Part shown: piece after piece, positions 1-14,380 of the stretch
Position numbering within the stretch: the stretch's first letter is position 1
Layout: the number at the start of each line of letters is the position of its first letter
Source: the human T2T-CHM13v2.0 reference genome, Homo sapiens
Direction of reading: 5' to 3'
DNA length: 64,000 nt
Assembly: GCA_009914755.4 (NCBI GenBank)
Contig: CP068257.2
Coordinates: 2,848,001-2,912,000, forward strand
Translations under genes and position numbers: made by a program
Notes under the pieces: generated by a model
What the model saw: the letters and a program-made list of their open reading frames with translations, nothing else
Database searches by the model: none
Told to the model about the DNA's origin: nothing

Positions 1-224
1 TTTTTTATATATATAAATTATGTCAATCAAAAACATACTTTCACTAAATAAATTCATGAAACAAGATTCAACTCTCTGCTTCCTACAAATGACCACATTA
101 TGATCTGGAACACGCATAAGCCATACATGAAAGAATTAAAAAAATTAAATGCAAAATCAAATACTGTCATGGTAGACAAAATATATATTATATCAAAAAC
201 TTCCTCAAGAGAGAAGAAGAAAAG

Positions 225-320
225 GACAATAACAACAACAACAATAAAAGCAACAAAAAACAACATACATCAATAAAAGCAACAACAATAAAACAACATG
301 CAACAATAAAAGCAACAGTA
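225..320. repeat. short minisatellite-like tandem repeat (unit ~caacaataaaagcaa, 3-4 imperfect copies)
   Basis: Direct reading shows repeated 'caacaataaaagcaac' blocks in an A-rich context. Confidence 0.4.
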
Positions 321-399
321 ATGTATGTGCCTTACATCACAGTTCCCAAAATATGAAGCAACATTTTACAGAATTGAAACATGAAGTAGCCAGCACATA

Positions 400-1510
<1,111 letters not shown>

Positions 1511-1513
1511 AAC

Positions 1514-1812
1514 ATAAACTCAAGGCTGGGTGTGGTGGCTCACACCTGTAATCCCAACACTTTGGGTGACTGAGACAAGTGAATCACAAGGTCAGGATAT
1601 CAAGACCATCCTGGCCAACATGGGGAAACAACGTCTCTACTAAAAATACAAACAAAAATTAGTTGGCGGTGGTGGCACATGCCTGCAGTTCCAGACACTC
1701 AGGAGGCTGATGCAGGAGAATCTCTGGAATCCGGGAGGCAAGAGTTTCAGTGAGCTGAGATCATGTCACTGCGCTCCAGCCTGGTGACAGAGAAAGACTC
1801 CACCACAAATAA
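1514..1812 (+). mobile_element. Alu (sense)
   Basis: 'ggctgggtgtggtggctcacacctgtaatcccaacactttggg...gcgctccagcctggtgacagag' followed by an A-rich tail. Confidence 0.92.
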
Positions 1813-1879
1813 AGAAATAAACTCAAAATAACTAATTTTTGGTAGCTATTAAAATGGAATTTATAATTTTATTTTTCAG

Positions 1880-2340
1880 ATAGTTCGCTATCATCATACA
1901 GAAAGCTACTACTGTGTTAATTTTCTGCAATGTTACAGAATTTGTTTAGTAGTTCTAATAGTTTTTGGTGTAGTGTTTAGAGTTTTTCACATATAAGATT
2001 ATTTTGTCCACAATCAGAGACCATTTGACTTCATCCTTTCAATTAGTATGACTTTTATTTCTTCCTCTTGCCTAATTTCCTTGGCTAGGACTTCCAGTAC
2101 TATGTTGAATAAGAGGGCTGAAAGTTTGGACGATTTGTCTTGTTCCAGATCTCAGAGAGAAAGCTTTCAACTTTTCCTTATTCAGTATAAAGTTAGCATT
2201 GCTTTTTCATAAATGGCCTTTATTGAGTTAAGGCACATACCTTCTATTCCTAACTTGTTGAGAGTTTTCATCATAATCAAGGCTGAATTTCATCCAATTC
2301 TTCTTCTGCATATGCAAAAGCTACAAAAATGAAAATACTT
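1880..2340 (-). mobile_element. L1 ORF2 internal fragment (antisense)
   Basis: 'ttgcctaatttccttggctaggacttccagtactatgttgaataagag...ttgttccagatctcagagagaaagctttcaacttttcc' is the reverse complement of a conserved L1 ORF2 segment. Confidence 0.65.
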
Positions 2341-2349
2341 AACGTGATG

Positions 2350-5330
2350 GCTAATACAGGGTCTCAAATTGATTGGATTGGAGGATAGAAAGCATTGATC
2401 CTGGGTGTGTCTGTGAGGGTGTTGCCAAAGGACATTAACATTTGAGTCAGTGGGCTGGGAAAGGGAGATCCACTCTTAATTGGGTGAGCACCATCTAATG
2501 AGCTGACAGTGAATATAAAGCAGGCAGAAAAACGTGAAAAAGAGAGACTGGCCTAAGCTCCCAGACTACATCTTTCTCCTGTGCTGGACACTTGCAGTCC
2601 TCAAACATCAGACTCCAAGTTCTTCAGCTTTGGGACATGGACCGCCTCTCCTTGCTCCTCAAACTTGCAGACAACCTATTGTGGGATCTCATGATCTCTC
2701 TAGGGAAGCCCAACTAATACACCTAGCAACAAACTTAACTAAAAAGGTAAAAGATCTCTACTCTGAAAACGACAAAACATGGATAAAAAATATAAAATAC
2801 AAATGAATAAATAAAAAATATTGTGTTTATACACTGGAAGAATACTGTTGATATAGCTACCCAAAGTGATCTACAGACTTAATGTGATTTTTATCAAAAT
2901 ACCAATGACATTTTTTCACAGAAATAAAAAAATTTAAATTTATATGGATCCACAAAAAACTCTGAATAGACAAAGCAACTTTGAGCAAAATAAGCAAAGC
3001 TGAAGGCATCACTTCATCAAACTTCAAAACTTGCTATAAAGCTACAGTAACCAAAACAGCACTGTACTGGCATAAAAACAAACACATAGACTAATGTGCC
3101 CAATAAGCCCGGAAGTTAATTTATGCACCTAAAGCCAACAGATTGTCAACAAAATTACCAAGAACACACTTTAGAGAAAAGCTAATCTCTTTAATAAATG
3201 GTGCAGGGCCATTTAAATATTTATATTCAGAAAAATAATACTAGACCCTTGTACCTTGCCATATATGATAATCAACTAAAACTAAAGACTTAAATGTAAT
3301 GCCATCAATTATGAAACTATTAGAGAAAAACATAAAAAAATGCTTTATAACATTGGACGGTGAAAGGATTATTAAAATAAGATTTCAAAACATGGGCAAC
3401 AAAATCAAGAATAAACAAACAACATTATGTCAAACTAAAATGCTTTTTCATATTAAAAAAACAACTAAAAGTTTGAAGAGACAGCTTAGGCGATGACAGA
3501 AAATGTTTTCATATACATGTGACAAAAGGCTAATATTCAGAATATATAAGAAACTTTAAAATCTCAAAATAAAATACACTTATAATCTAATTTAAAAAAT
3601 GCAAAAGATCTTAATAGATGTTTGTCAAAAAGAGATACAAAAATGGCTAACTGGAACACAAAAAGATGCTCTACATTACTAATCACCAAGGAAATGCAAA
3701 TCCAAACTGCAATGAAGTACCACCTCATTCCCATTAGAATGGCTATAATAAAAATAAATAAATAAATAAATCAAGAACTAATGAGGATATAAAAAAGAGT
3801 GGATGTATACCTTGTTGGTGGAATTGTAAATTAGTATGGCCATTATAGAAAATAGTATGGAGGTTTCTGAAAGAAATTAAAAATATATCTATTATATGAT
3901 CCAGCAATTTTACTTCTGGGTGTATATCCAAAAGAAAGGATATTACTGTGTCAAAAAGATATTTGCATTCCCATGTTCATTACAGAACTATTTATAATAG
4001 CTTATATATGGAATCAATTCAAATGTACAGCAACAGATAAATGGATAAGGAAAATGTACTATATATACACAGCGAAATACTATTCAGCCATAAGAAAGCA
4101 TAAAATTCTGTCAGTTAAAAAGAGCATGGATGAACCTTGAGCATACCATGTTAAGTAAAATAAGCCACACAGAGAAACACAAATACTTTATGATCTTATT
4201 ATCTCACTCATTTGAGGAACCTGAAAAAAAGGGTTGATAGAAGCAAAGAGTACAACAGGGGTTACCAGAGACTGAAGCAGGAGGATGGGAAAAGGTTGCT
4301 TCACAGGTATTGTGTTATGATTAGATAGGGGAAATAAGTTTTTGTTTTTTATTACACAGTAGAATAATAATAATTAATGAAAAGTTATCTCATATTACAA
4401 AATAGCTAAAAGAGACCAGTTTTGGTGGCATATTCTCGCAATCCATACATTTTGGGAGATTGAGGTAGGAGAATCACTTGATGTCAGAAGTTCAAGATGA
4501 GCCTGGACAACATAGTGTGACCCCGTCTGTATGAAAAATTAAAACATTAGCCAGGCATGGTGGCAGCTTCCTGTAGTCTCAGCTAATTGGGAAACTAAGG
4601 TTAGAAGACTGTTTGAAGTTACAGTGAGCTAGGATTGCACCACTGCACACCAGTCTGGGTGTTAGAGCAAGATCCTGTCTCTAAAATAATTAATACATAA
4701 AGATAAAATAAAATAGCTAAAGAAGGAGCTTTTGAATATTCTCACCACAAAAATAACAAATGCATGAGGCAACAAATATAGAAGTACTGATTTTTATTGT
4801 TATACAACACATATATATAATTGTTTCCCCAAAATATGCACAATTACATGTGTCAATTTTAAAAAATGAATGAAGACTATAATGTAAAACCTATAGCTGT
4901 AAAATTCCTAGCACAATACAGAAGGGTGAAGCTTCATTACAACTGGTCGTGGCAATAATTTGGGGGACGTAGCATCAACGGATGAGACAACAAAAGCAAG
5001 GGAATACACATGGTACTGAATCAGTGTATGAAAAATATCCCAAACAGACAAAGCAGAACATGGAATAGATATATGCACATTGTAGTATTACTCACAAACA
5101 TGTTACCTGGAAGCAAATGTACCCTTAAGGATGAGTAGATTCAGCAAACAGGGCACGTACAATCACTGGGATAGCATTCAGCCTTAAAAATAAGGAAATC
5201 TTGAAAAGTACTACAATAAGGACAAATCTTCAAAACATTCTGTTAAGTAAAATAAGACAGTCAAAAAGGAAAGCTGTATAATTACACTCATGTAAAATAT
5301 TTAGTCAAAGTCAAAGAAACCAAGTGTCGT
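2350..5330 (+). mobile_element. old L1 (L1M/L1P-type) 3' portion, sense, carrying a nested Alu
   Basis: Characteristic L1 3'-region block 'cctgggtgtgtctgtgagggtgttgccaaaggacattaacatttgagtcagtggg...' and L1 ORF2 C-terminal motifs ('atgcaaatccaaactgcaatgaagtaccacctcattcccattagaatggctat'). Confidence 0.7.
4413..4716 (+). mobile_element. Alu (sense) nested in the L1M
   Basis: 'ggtggcatattctcgcaatccatacattttgggagattgaggtagg...gcaccactgcacaccagtctgggtgttagagcaagatcctgtctc' with an A-rich tail. Confidence 0.85.
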
Positions 5331-5559
5331 AGTCTCAGCAGTGCACCAAGATGTAACAGTCTCTCGTAGTCTGAGATAACATCCAGAGTTCTTTGTTCTA
5401 CCTCTAAGGAGATTAAGGAGCGTGAACACAAAGGTGAGGTTGGAGTGAAAGTTTAAGAAGCAAGAGAAGAAAGCTCTTTGCCAGCAGAGATAGGTATCTG
5501 AAAGTGGTGCCCTCTACGAGGCTGGGTCCAGGGTTTTTATGGACTGGGAAGGGAAGGAT

Positions 5560-5770
5560 ATGTGCCTAGTTCACAGGCTGTCTTGAAAAACGTGTGGCTC
5601 AGCTTGGCCCAGGCCTTTGGCCCGGGATCAATCAGGAGCTGAAGGGATGATTGATAGATGCTGCTTAGCTTGGCCCAAGACTTATCAGAAGCTAAGGTGA
5701 AAGTTTGGCCAAGGAGCTTGGCCCGGGAGCAATCAGGGGCTGAAGTAATTATTCATAGAGGTCAGACTTA
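5560..5770. repeat. imperfect tandem duplication (~60-100 bp units: 'agcttggccc..ggcccgggagcaatcaggRgctgaag')
   Basis: The motif pair 'gcttggccca' and 'ggcccgggaNcaatcaggRgctgaag' occurs twice in direct order. Confidence 0.4.
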
Positions 5771-5867
5771 CAGTCCAAATAAAGGAGAGTGTCGACCGGA
5801 ATGCACCAGATCCCACAGTGCCCATGCCAACAAAAAGAGAAGGAACATTTTCCTGGGAGCCCACTGA

Positions 5868-6244
<377 letters not shown>

Positions 6245-6889
6245 AACAAAGGCATTTCTATGCTAGGTCGTTCTTGTTCCTTTATCTGAGTGAGCTGGAG
6301 GTTTCTACAAGTTTTTATCCAAATGGGCCAGAGGTTTTTCTATCTGTGCAGCCACGGGCATGTCTCCAAGCACAACAACATATGCTAGTTCCCTTGTTAG
6401 TGTCTGCAGCTTGATTTTTTCCAGGCTTCTTTATATGTTATGCAGGGATGAGGCACTGACCAGGGACTTTCCAGGGACTCTTCTCTTGCTATCTACCTAA
6501 GGCAAGCTAACTAACTTCTTTCATAAGTAATGAGTATTCACTTTTACTTTTGTAAGACACAAATTATCTAAAACCTACTGCAAAACAATAGAACTATACT
6601 AACCACTTCTAAACCATATACTTAAAATGTCAGAAATGACAATGGCATGTTTTTAACTACAATTAGAAATTTAAGACTAACTAAAAGGCACAGTTAGAAA
6701 ATCTTTCAAACATCACCTTCAAATAACAAAGGGTTCTTCTCACACAATTAAATGGATTTAAACTATATGTTGATTGTAAATTTAAGATTATTTCCCTGAT
6801 GACTCACCAAGATAGAATAAAATAATCACTGGAAACCAAGAAAAGAGGGAAATTTATAGCACTAATGTCCACATCAAAAAGATAGAAAG

Positions 6890-7190
6890 GGCTGGGTGTG
6901 GTGGCTCATGCCTGTAGTTCCAGCACTTTGGGAGGCTGGGGTAGGCAAATCACTTAAGGCCAGATGTTCAAGACCAGTCTGGACCACACAACAAAACCCC
7001 ACCTCTACAAAAAAAATTCAAAAATTAGCTGGTTTTTGTGATGCACATCTGTAATCCCAGCTACTCAGGAAGCTGAGACAGCAGAAATCACTTAAAACTG
7101 AGAAGTGGAGGTTGCAGTGAGCGGAGATCATGCCACTGTACTCCAGCCTGGGTGACAGAGTGAGACTCTGCCACAAGAAGAAAAAAAAGA
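6890..7190 (+). mobile_element. Alu (sense) nested in the L1
   Basis: 'ggctgggtgtggtggctcatgcctgtagttccagcactttgggaggctgg...tactccagcctgggtgacagagtgagactctg'. Confidence 0.9.
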
Positions 7191-7978
7191 GAAACTAGAA
7201 GATCTAAAATTAACAGCCTAACATCTTGATTAAAAGAACTAGAAAACCAAGTGAAAACTAACCAGAAAGGTAGCAGAAAACAAGAAATAACCAAGATCAA
7301 AGTAGAGCTGAGGGAGATAGAGACACTGAAAACTCTTCCAAAAAAAAAAGTCAACAAATCCAGGAGCTGTTTTTATGAAAAAAATTAATAAACTAGATGG
7401 AACACTAGCTAGGCAAATAAATAAGAAAAGAAAGGAGAACCAAACACAATTAGAAATAATAAGGGAGATATCATCACTGATCCCATGGAAATATGAACAA
7501 CAATCAGAGAACACTATAAACATATGTATGCACATAAACCAGAAAATCTAGAAGAAATAGACAATTTCGTTGCAAAATAAACCCTCCACAAGACTGAACC
7601 CTGAATAGATCAATAATGTGTTCTGAAACTGAGGCAGTAAAAACTAGCCTACCAAGCAAGCTGAATTTGAGCAGAGGTACAAAGAGGAGATGGTACCTTT
7701 TCTCCTAAAACCATCCAAAAAAAATTGAAGACAAAGAAGTTCTCTCTAACTCATTCTATCAGGCCAGCATCATCCAGATACCAAAACCTAACATAGATAC
7801 TACAACAACAACAACAACAACACATCATGCCAATGTCTTTGGTAAACACTGTGCAAAAATCCTCGATAAAATACTGGCAAACCAAACCCAGCAGCACATT
7901 AAAAAGTTCATCTGCAACAATGGAGTTGGCTTTGTCCCCAGGATGCAAGGTTGATTCAACATATGCAAATCAATAAAT

Positions 7979-8449
7979 GTGACTCATCACATAAAGAGAA
8001 CTAAATACAAAAACCACATGATTATCTCAATAAATGCAGAAAAAGCATCCAATAAAATTCAGCATTCCTTCAGGTTTAAAATTCTCAGTAAACTAGGAAG
8101 TGAAGAAGCATATCTGAAAATAATAAGAGCCTTATACAACAAACCCACAGCCAATATCATACTGAATGTGCAAAAGCTGGAAACGTTCCACCTGAAAACT
8201 GGCACAAGAAAAGAATGCCCTCTCTCACCACTACCATTCAATATAGTATCAGAAGCCTTGGCCAGGAAAATCAGGCCAGAGGAAGAAATAAAGAGTATTC
8301 TAATAGAAAGAAAGGAAGTCAAATTATCTTTGTTTGCAGATGACCTGATCCTACATCTAGAAAACCTCATTGTCTCAGGCCCAAAGCTTCTTAAGGTGAT
8401 AAGCAACAGTAGCAAAATCTCAGGATATAAAATCAATGTGCAAAAGTAG
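7979..8449 (+). pseudogene. L1 ORF2 reverse-transcriptase domain remnant (156-aa open frame)
   Basis: The ORF-track protein shows RT motifs typical of L1 ORF2 ('...HMIISIDAEKAFDKIQH...' here as [17 protein letters not shown]; 'LSPLLFNIV' here as LSPLPFNIV; 'FADD' retained). Flanking frames are broken. Confidence 0.8.
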
Positions 8450-10374
8450 CTAGCATTCCCATACACAAACAACAGGCAAGCAGGGAGACAAATCATGAAT
8501 GAACTTTCATTCACATTTGCTACAAAGAGAAAAAAATACCTAGGAATACAGCTAAGAAAGAAAGTGAAGGACCTCTTCAAGGAGAACCACAAACAACTGC
8601 TCAGAGAAATCAGAGTGGACACAAAACAGATGGAGAAACATTCCATGCTCATGGAGAGGAAGAATCAGTATCATTAATATGGGCATATTGCCCTAAGTAA
8701 TTCATAGATTCAATGCTATTCCCATTGAACTACTGACATTCTTCAGAGAATTAGAAAAATAAAAACTTTTAAAGTTCATATGGAACCAAAAAAGAGCCCA
8801 AATAGCCAAGCCAACCTTAAGAAAAAAAAAAAAAAAAGCTGGAAGTGTCACTCTACCTAACTTCAAACTATACTAGAAGAGTACAGTAACAAAAACAGCA
8901 TGGTACTGGTATAGAAACAGACACATAGACAAATGAAACAAAGTAGAGAACCTAGAAATAAAGCCAAAACCCTACAACAACCTGATTTTTGACAAAGTCA
9001 ACAAAAACAAGGAATTAGGGAAATGTCTCCCTATTCAAAAAATGGTGCTAGGAGAACTGGCTAGCCATATGCAGAGAATTTAAACTGGAACCCTTCCTAA
9101 CACCATATACAAAAATTAACTCAAGATGGATTAAAGACTTAAATGTACAACCCAAAACTATAAAAGCCTTAGAAGACAAAATCTAGATAATACCATTCAG
9201 GATATAGGCATGAGAAAAGACTTTATGACAGAAAGGCAAAAAGCAATAGCAACAAAAGCAAAAATTGACTAATGGGGTCTAATTAAACTAAAGAGCTTCT
9301 GCGGAGCCAAAGAAACTATCATCAGAGCAGACAACCTAGAGAATGGGAGAAAAATTATGCAACCTATCCATCTCACAAATGTCTAATATCCAGAATCTAG
9401 GAGGAATTTAACAAAATTTACAAGAGAAAAAAAAAAGGCCCCATTAAAAAAGGGTCAAAGAACATGAACAGACATATCTCAAAAGAGGACATACATGTGC
9501 CCAACAAACATGAAGAGCTCAACATCACTGATAACTGGATAAATACAAATCAAAACCATAATGAGATACCATCTCACACAAATTATAATGGCTATTAATA
9601 AAAAGTAAAAAAAAAAAAAAACAGATGCTGGCGAGGTTGTGGAGAAAAGGGAACACATTTACACTGTTGGTGGGAGTGTAAATTATTTCAAGCATTGAAG
9701 AAGAGAGTGTGGAGATTCCTCAAAGACCTAGAAGCAGAAATACCGTTTGACCCAGCAATACCATTACTAGGTATACACCCAAAGTAATATAAATAATTCT
9801 ATTTTAAAAATACATGTATACATATGTTCATTGCAGCACTATTTACAATAGCAACATCATGTAATCAATCTACATGCCCATCAATGATACACTGGATAAA
9901 GAAAATGTGGTACACATACACCATGGAACACTATGAAGCCATAAAATGTAATGAGATGATGTCCCTTGCAGGGACATGGTTGGAATTTGAAGCTATTACT
10001 CCCAGCAAACTAATGCAGGAACAGAAAACCAAACACCACCTATTATTATTCTAACTTATTAGCAGAAGGAGATCAATGAGAACACATGGACACATCAGGA
10101 AGAACAACACACACTGGACACCTGTTTCATGGCATGGGGGAGGGGAAGGAGAGCAGCAGGAAGAATAGCTGCGGATACTGGGCTTAGTACCTGGGTGATG
10201 AGATGATCTGTGCAGTAAACCACAGTGGTACGCATTTATGTATGTAAGAGACCTGCATACTCTGCACATGGACCCCTAAACTTAAAATAAAAGTTGAAAA
10301 ATAAACTTTATCACATATGGACCCCTGAACTTAAAATAAAACTTGAAAAAAAAATGTGTTTCTGGTGGATTCTC

Positions 10375-12268
10375 TATGTTAGACCCAAACTGAGGATCTT
10401 GAAGCTCTCGCTGGGGGAATCGGGGCTGGGGGCACACTGGGGAGCCGCTGCCAAGGCCATCCACCCTCCCTACAAGCCACCTCCCTTCCCGGCCAGTATG
10501 GAAAGGAGAAGGGTTATGTGAACAGCTGTGGAGGTCAGAATCTCGGGAACTGAATCAGGCCCCAGCCCATGCCCCCCAGCCCAGTCCAGCCAGCGTGCTT
10601 GCCAGTCTTCCCACACAGCCAGCCCAGCCCTCAGGATTGTTAGATGGAACAAGGCTCCATCATCACCCAGGCATGGATGGAAGATGCCCTGGTCCTTACC
10701 AAGCAAGGCCTGGTTTCCAAAGTCCTCTCCGAAGAGGCCTCATGTTTGTCACATCTTAAAAGTCCCCTTTCTGCTGTTCTTGCACCCAGCATGTTGGACA
10801 GTCAAGTTCCCCCGCTGAGCAATCCACACATAAGGAGGGAGTCAACACTATTGCTATGTCAGATCAGCTCCAGCGTCTCCAGTATCAGTTTTATCAGATC
10901 CCAGGAACCTGCCTGCTCCCAGAGGTGACAGAGAAAAATCAAGGAAGGATCTGTATGGTCACTGACCTAGATGAAAACCTTGTGCATAGCTCCTTTAAGC
11001 CAATCAGCAATGCTGACTGCCTAGTGCCTGTAGAGTTTGAGGGGACCATGCACCAGATCCATGTGCTCATGAGGCCTTATATGGATGAGTTCCTGACATG
11101 AATGGAGGAAATGTTTAAATGTGTTTTCGTCATTGCTCTCTTCTTCCCAGCCTGAACAAGTAGGCAGATCCTGTGATGGGTGAGCTGGACGGGTATGGGA
11201 TGGTCTGGGGCTGCCTGTCCCATGAGTCATGTTTGTTTCACCAGGGCTGCTATGTCAAGGACATCAGCCGTCTGGGTAGGGACCTGAGGAAAACTCATCC
11301 TGGACAACTCGCCTGCTTCTTACCTCTTCCACACAGAGAATGCAGTGCCTGTGCAGTCCTGGTTTGATAACATTCCAGACAGCAGCTGCTGCACCTGATA
11401 TCATTCTTTGAGGAGATGAGTGGAGGAGCAGAGGGCCTCTGCACTAGCCTTGGGCAGCAGTGGGCCCTTAACCTTCCCTGCTTCCCAGCAATGGCCATCA
11501 CAGTAGGGGATTTTCCCACACTGTGCCTCTATGATCAGCCTGAAAGAGCGAAGGCTGGAACACCTACCCACATGGGCCTGGAAAGAGTGAGAAGTGATTG
11601 AAAAGAGCTTTAGGACAGCTTAGATTCCCAGTGGGTGAATGCCAGACCAAGGATACCCAGAGCTACCTGCCATCAAGTTGTTGGGTTCCCAAGATGTGGG
11701 TGTGAGAGAAAGAAAGAGAGCATGTGTGTTTTGTGATGAACTGTGGCCCCAAGTATATAGTGTTTCAGTAGGGGAGAAGCTGAAGGACAAAGACTCTTCC
11801 CAAGCTAGCTTGTCTCCTCTCCTGTCACCCTATGAGCCCCTGAGATCTATAGGGATGAAGAGTATTGAAGGCTCCATTGCAAACCTGGTCTTTCTACAGT
11901 GCTACAAGGCCTATGCCAAAGAGAAAGGAAAGGTACGTCTTTGGGTGTTCCAGGCACACATCTTTCTGAAATATTTCTCCAGCCAGTTGTTGCAGACAAA
12001 AGACGACATTTCTGGGAAGATGGGGACTTATGTTCAGACGAGTACCCAAACTATCAGGTCTTCTGGTCCAAAGGCTATTTTTACTTACCTCTAGCCAAGT
12101 GCCTGGGATGGATCCTTCCTGCATCTCCCCAAGGCTCACCACTTAGCCATAGCCTCAAACCCGTGGGGAAGGAAGGTCTACCCGCCCTGCAAGAGGACAA
12201 ATAACTGATTTTTGTTCATTTGACTCTGTTTTAAAATTCTCTTTAAAAAAAAAAAAAAAAAAAAAAAG
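10375..12268 (+). pseudogene. CTDSP2: processed (retro)pseudogene of CTDSP2 / SCP2-type small CTD phosphatase, with poly-A tail
   Basis: The conceptual translation matches CTDSP2 in colinear pieces: 'MEQGSIITQAWMEDALVLTKQGLVSK', '[76 protein letters not shown]', '[24 protein letters not shown]' and '[15 protein letters not shown]'. This includes the DxDx(T/V) FCP1-homology motif, here as DLDEN. It is intronless, has frameshifts and premature stops, and ends in a 23-bp poly-A at 12246-12268. Confidence 0.85.
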
Positions 12269-12592
12269 AAAAAGAAAGCGTATCTGAAACTTAAAAAAAA
12301 AAACAAGGAAAAAAGATGAAAAAAATGACATACATAGGTGAAAAACACATAGATATATGTATAAGCAACAAACACGGCTAATTCACATATAAATTAAATA
12401 TCACATTGTCATAAAGTGTACCGAGTTAAAAAATTATCATTCAACTCATGATATCAAGCTTTAAAAGCAAAAATACAATTAACTGATCTGAGAAAACATA
12501 CCCCCCCAAGAAAAGAAACACAACAACACAGAATTGAACATAAGAAGAGAGATTAAATGCATAAAATCCTGAATACAACATAAATATACAAT

Positions 12593-12919
12593 GAAAAATA
12601 AACCCTTTTTTTTTTTTTTTTTTTTTGAGACAGAGTCTCACCCTGTCGCCCAGGCTGTAGTGCAGTGGTGCCATCTCGGCTCACTGCAAGCTCCGCCCAC
12701 TGGGTTCACTCCATTCTCCTGCCTCAGCCTCTCGAGTAGCTGGGAATACAGGCACCCACCACTATGCCCGGCTAATTTTTTCTATATTTAGTAGAGACGG
12801 GGTTTCACCGTGGTAGCCAGGATGGTCTTGATCTCCTGACCTCGTGATCCACCCACCTTGGCCTCCCAAAGTGCTGGGATTACAGGCGTGAGCCACCATG
12901 CCGGGCTGAAAAATAACCC
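12593..12919 (-). mobile_element. AluS/Y-type Alu (antisense) with intact ~13-bp target-site duplication
   Basis: A 20-T tail precedes the low-divergence Alu body 'gagacagagtctcaccctgtcgcccaggctgtagtgcagtggtgccatctcggctcactgcaagctccgcc...'. The flanks are 'gaaaaataaaccc' (12593-12605) and 'gaaaaataaccc' (12908-12919). Confidence 0.92.
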
Positions 12920-14164
12920 TTTAGATATCTACAGCTTTAAACTGTGTGCAGTCATGAAAAGCAGACATTGGAAGTCATTGGCATTTAATAAATTGCAGAA
13001 AAATTATACAGTAAATACATTACAATCATTAATAATAGGCTCTAATGAGAAGAATTTAATAAATAATCATTAAAAAGACAGCAGAATTTTATCTGTTCTC
13101 AATATGTTGCTGCTCTTCTTATCAAATACTATAATAAAACTATATGACTATAATATAGCTTTCAGGAGCTAAAAAAAGCCTTATATTTTCAAATAAAAGA
13201 ACAATATAAATTTTGCAAAATACAATGAGCATTACTGAAGTATAAAGTAAATATTTGGAATTAAAATATATGGTCATTTAGATACAGACTAAAAAAGAAT
13301 AGAAATCTTAATGATTCCTTTCTGCCTACAGTGAGCTTAAAATTACAACCAAAAATTTTAACAAATATGTAGCACCTACAAGAAATTTTATTAACAGCTT
13401 ACATAATGTGTAAATTTGAGCAATTTATTTTAGAACTTTTGAATCTGAAAATCACCTGCTTGACATTCATTTGAGAAAGTGAAACATAAAGGAGAGTAAC
13501 ATAAGCAAGACGACAGAATGTGAGGTTCTGCATCCACATCCCCCACGACATAATGCAGCTGCCACAGCAAACATAAGTGCATTCATGAAAGCCTTGGAAT
13601 CCAGTTCAGAGTTTGTGGCACCCAGCTGGAGGCAAAGACCAAGGAAGACATTTTCAGAGGGTGAGCACTTGACCAAGTGGCAAGCTTGCCAATCATGGTC
13701 CCGGCTTCAAAACAGAATACTGCCACATCTTACTGTAGACTTGGCTATAACTCATTTGACCTTGGTCCTGCCACTGCAACAATCTGTGAAAAACACAAGA
13801 GAATTCATACTCACCTGAGACTTAGGTGACAGGCCTGCAGAACTTGGTTCTCTCTATAGTCACTGAGTCAGGCAAAACACACCTTCTTTCCTTCTCCAGC
13901 CATGGTCTGGAAGAAATCTTCACATTGATATGATGAAATGCTAACTAACAATATGAAAAATACTAAAGTATAAATGTCACTAAAATGGTAAATACATACT
14001 GAATTTCAGAATACTCTAAATTGTTATCATCTTAAACTAGACTATTAAAATACAAGATGTTTTACCTAAGTCTCATGATAACCACTAGGAAAAAAAAACT
14101 GCAGTAAAGAAAAAGAGAAAGTAATTAAAGCATACACAAACAACAAAAATTACACATTGGATAT

Positions 14165-14380
14165 GGTGTCTCCTGCTTATAATTCCAACACTTTGGGAGG
14201 CCAAGGTGGAAGAATGAAATCTCCTTGGGTGTTGTGGTACGTGTCTGTAGTCCAAGCTACTTGGGTGGCTAAGGTGGGAGGATTATTTGAGCCCAGGAGG
14301 TTGAAGCTACAGTGAGCTGTGATATGCCACTGCACTTCAGTCTGAGCAAGAAAGCATAACTTTGTCTCAACAAAAATGAA
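14165..14380 (+). mobile_element. old, 5'-truncated Alu (sense)
   Basis: 'aattccaacactttgggaggccaaggtgg...gtagtccaagctacttgggtggctaaggtgggaggatt...cactgcacttcagtctgagcaagaaagc'. Confidence 0.8.

Larger units (their letters stand above)
6790..10355 (+). mobile_element. old L1 (sense) ORF2 plus 3'UTR, degenerate, interrupted by an Alu; its 3' end carries a ~37-bp tandem duplication
   Basis: Colinear with L1 ORF2 from 'gggaaatttatagcactaa' through 'cttcaaactatact...acagtaacaaaaacagcatggtactgg' to the 3' end 'ggaggggaaggagagcagcagg...ctaaacttaaaataaaagttgaaaaa'. It contains many stops and frameshifts. Confidence 0.85.
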
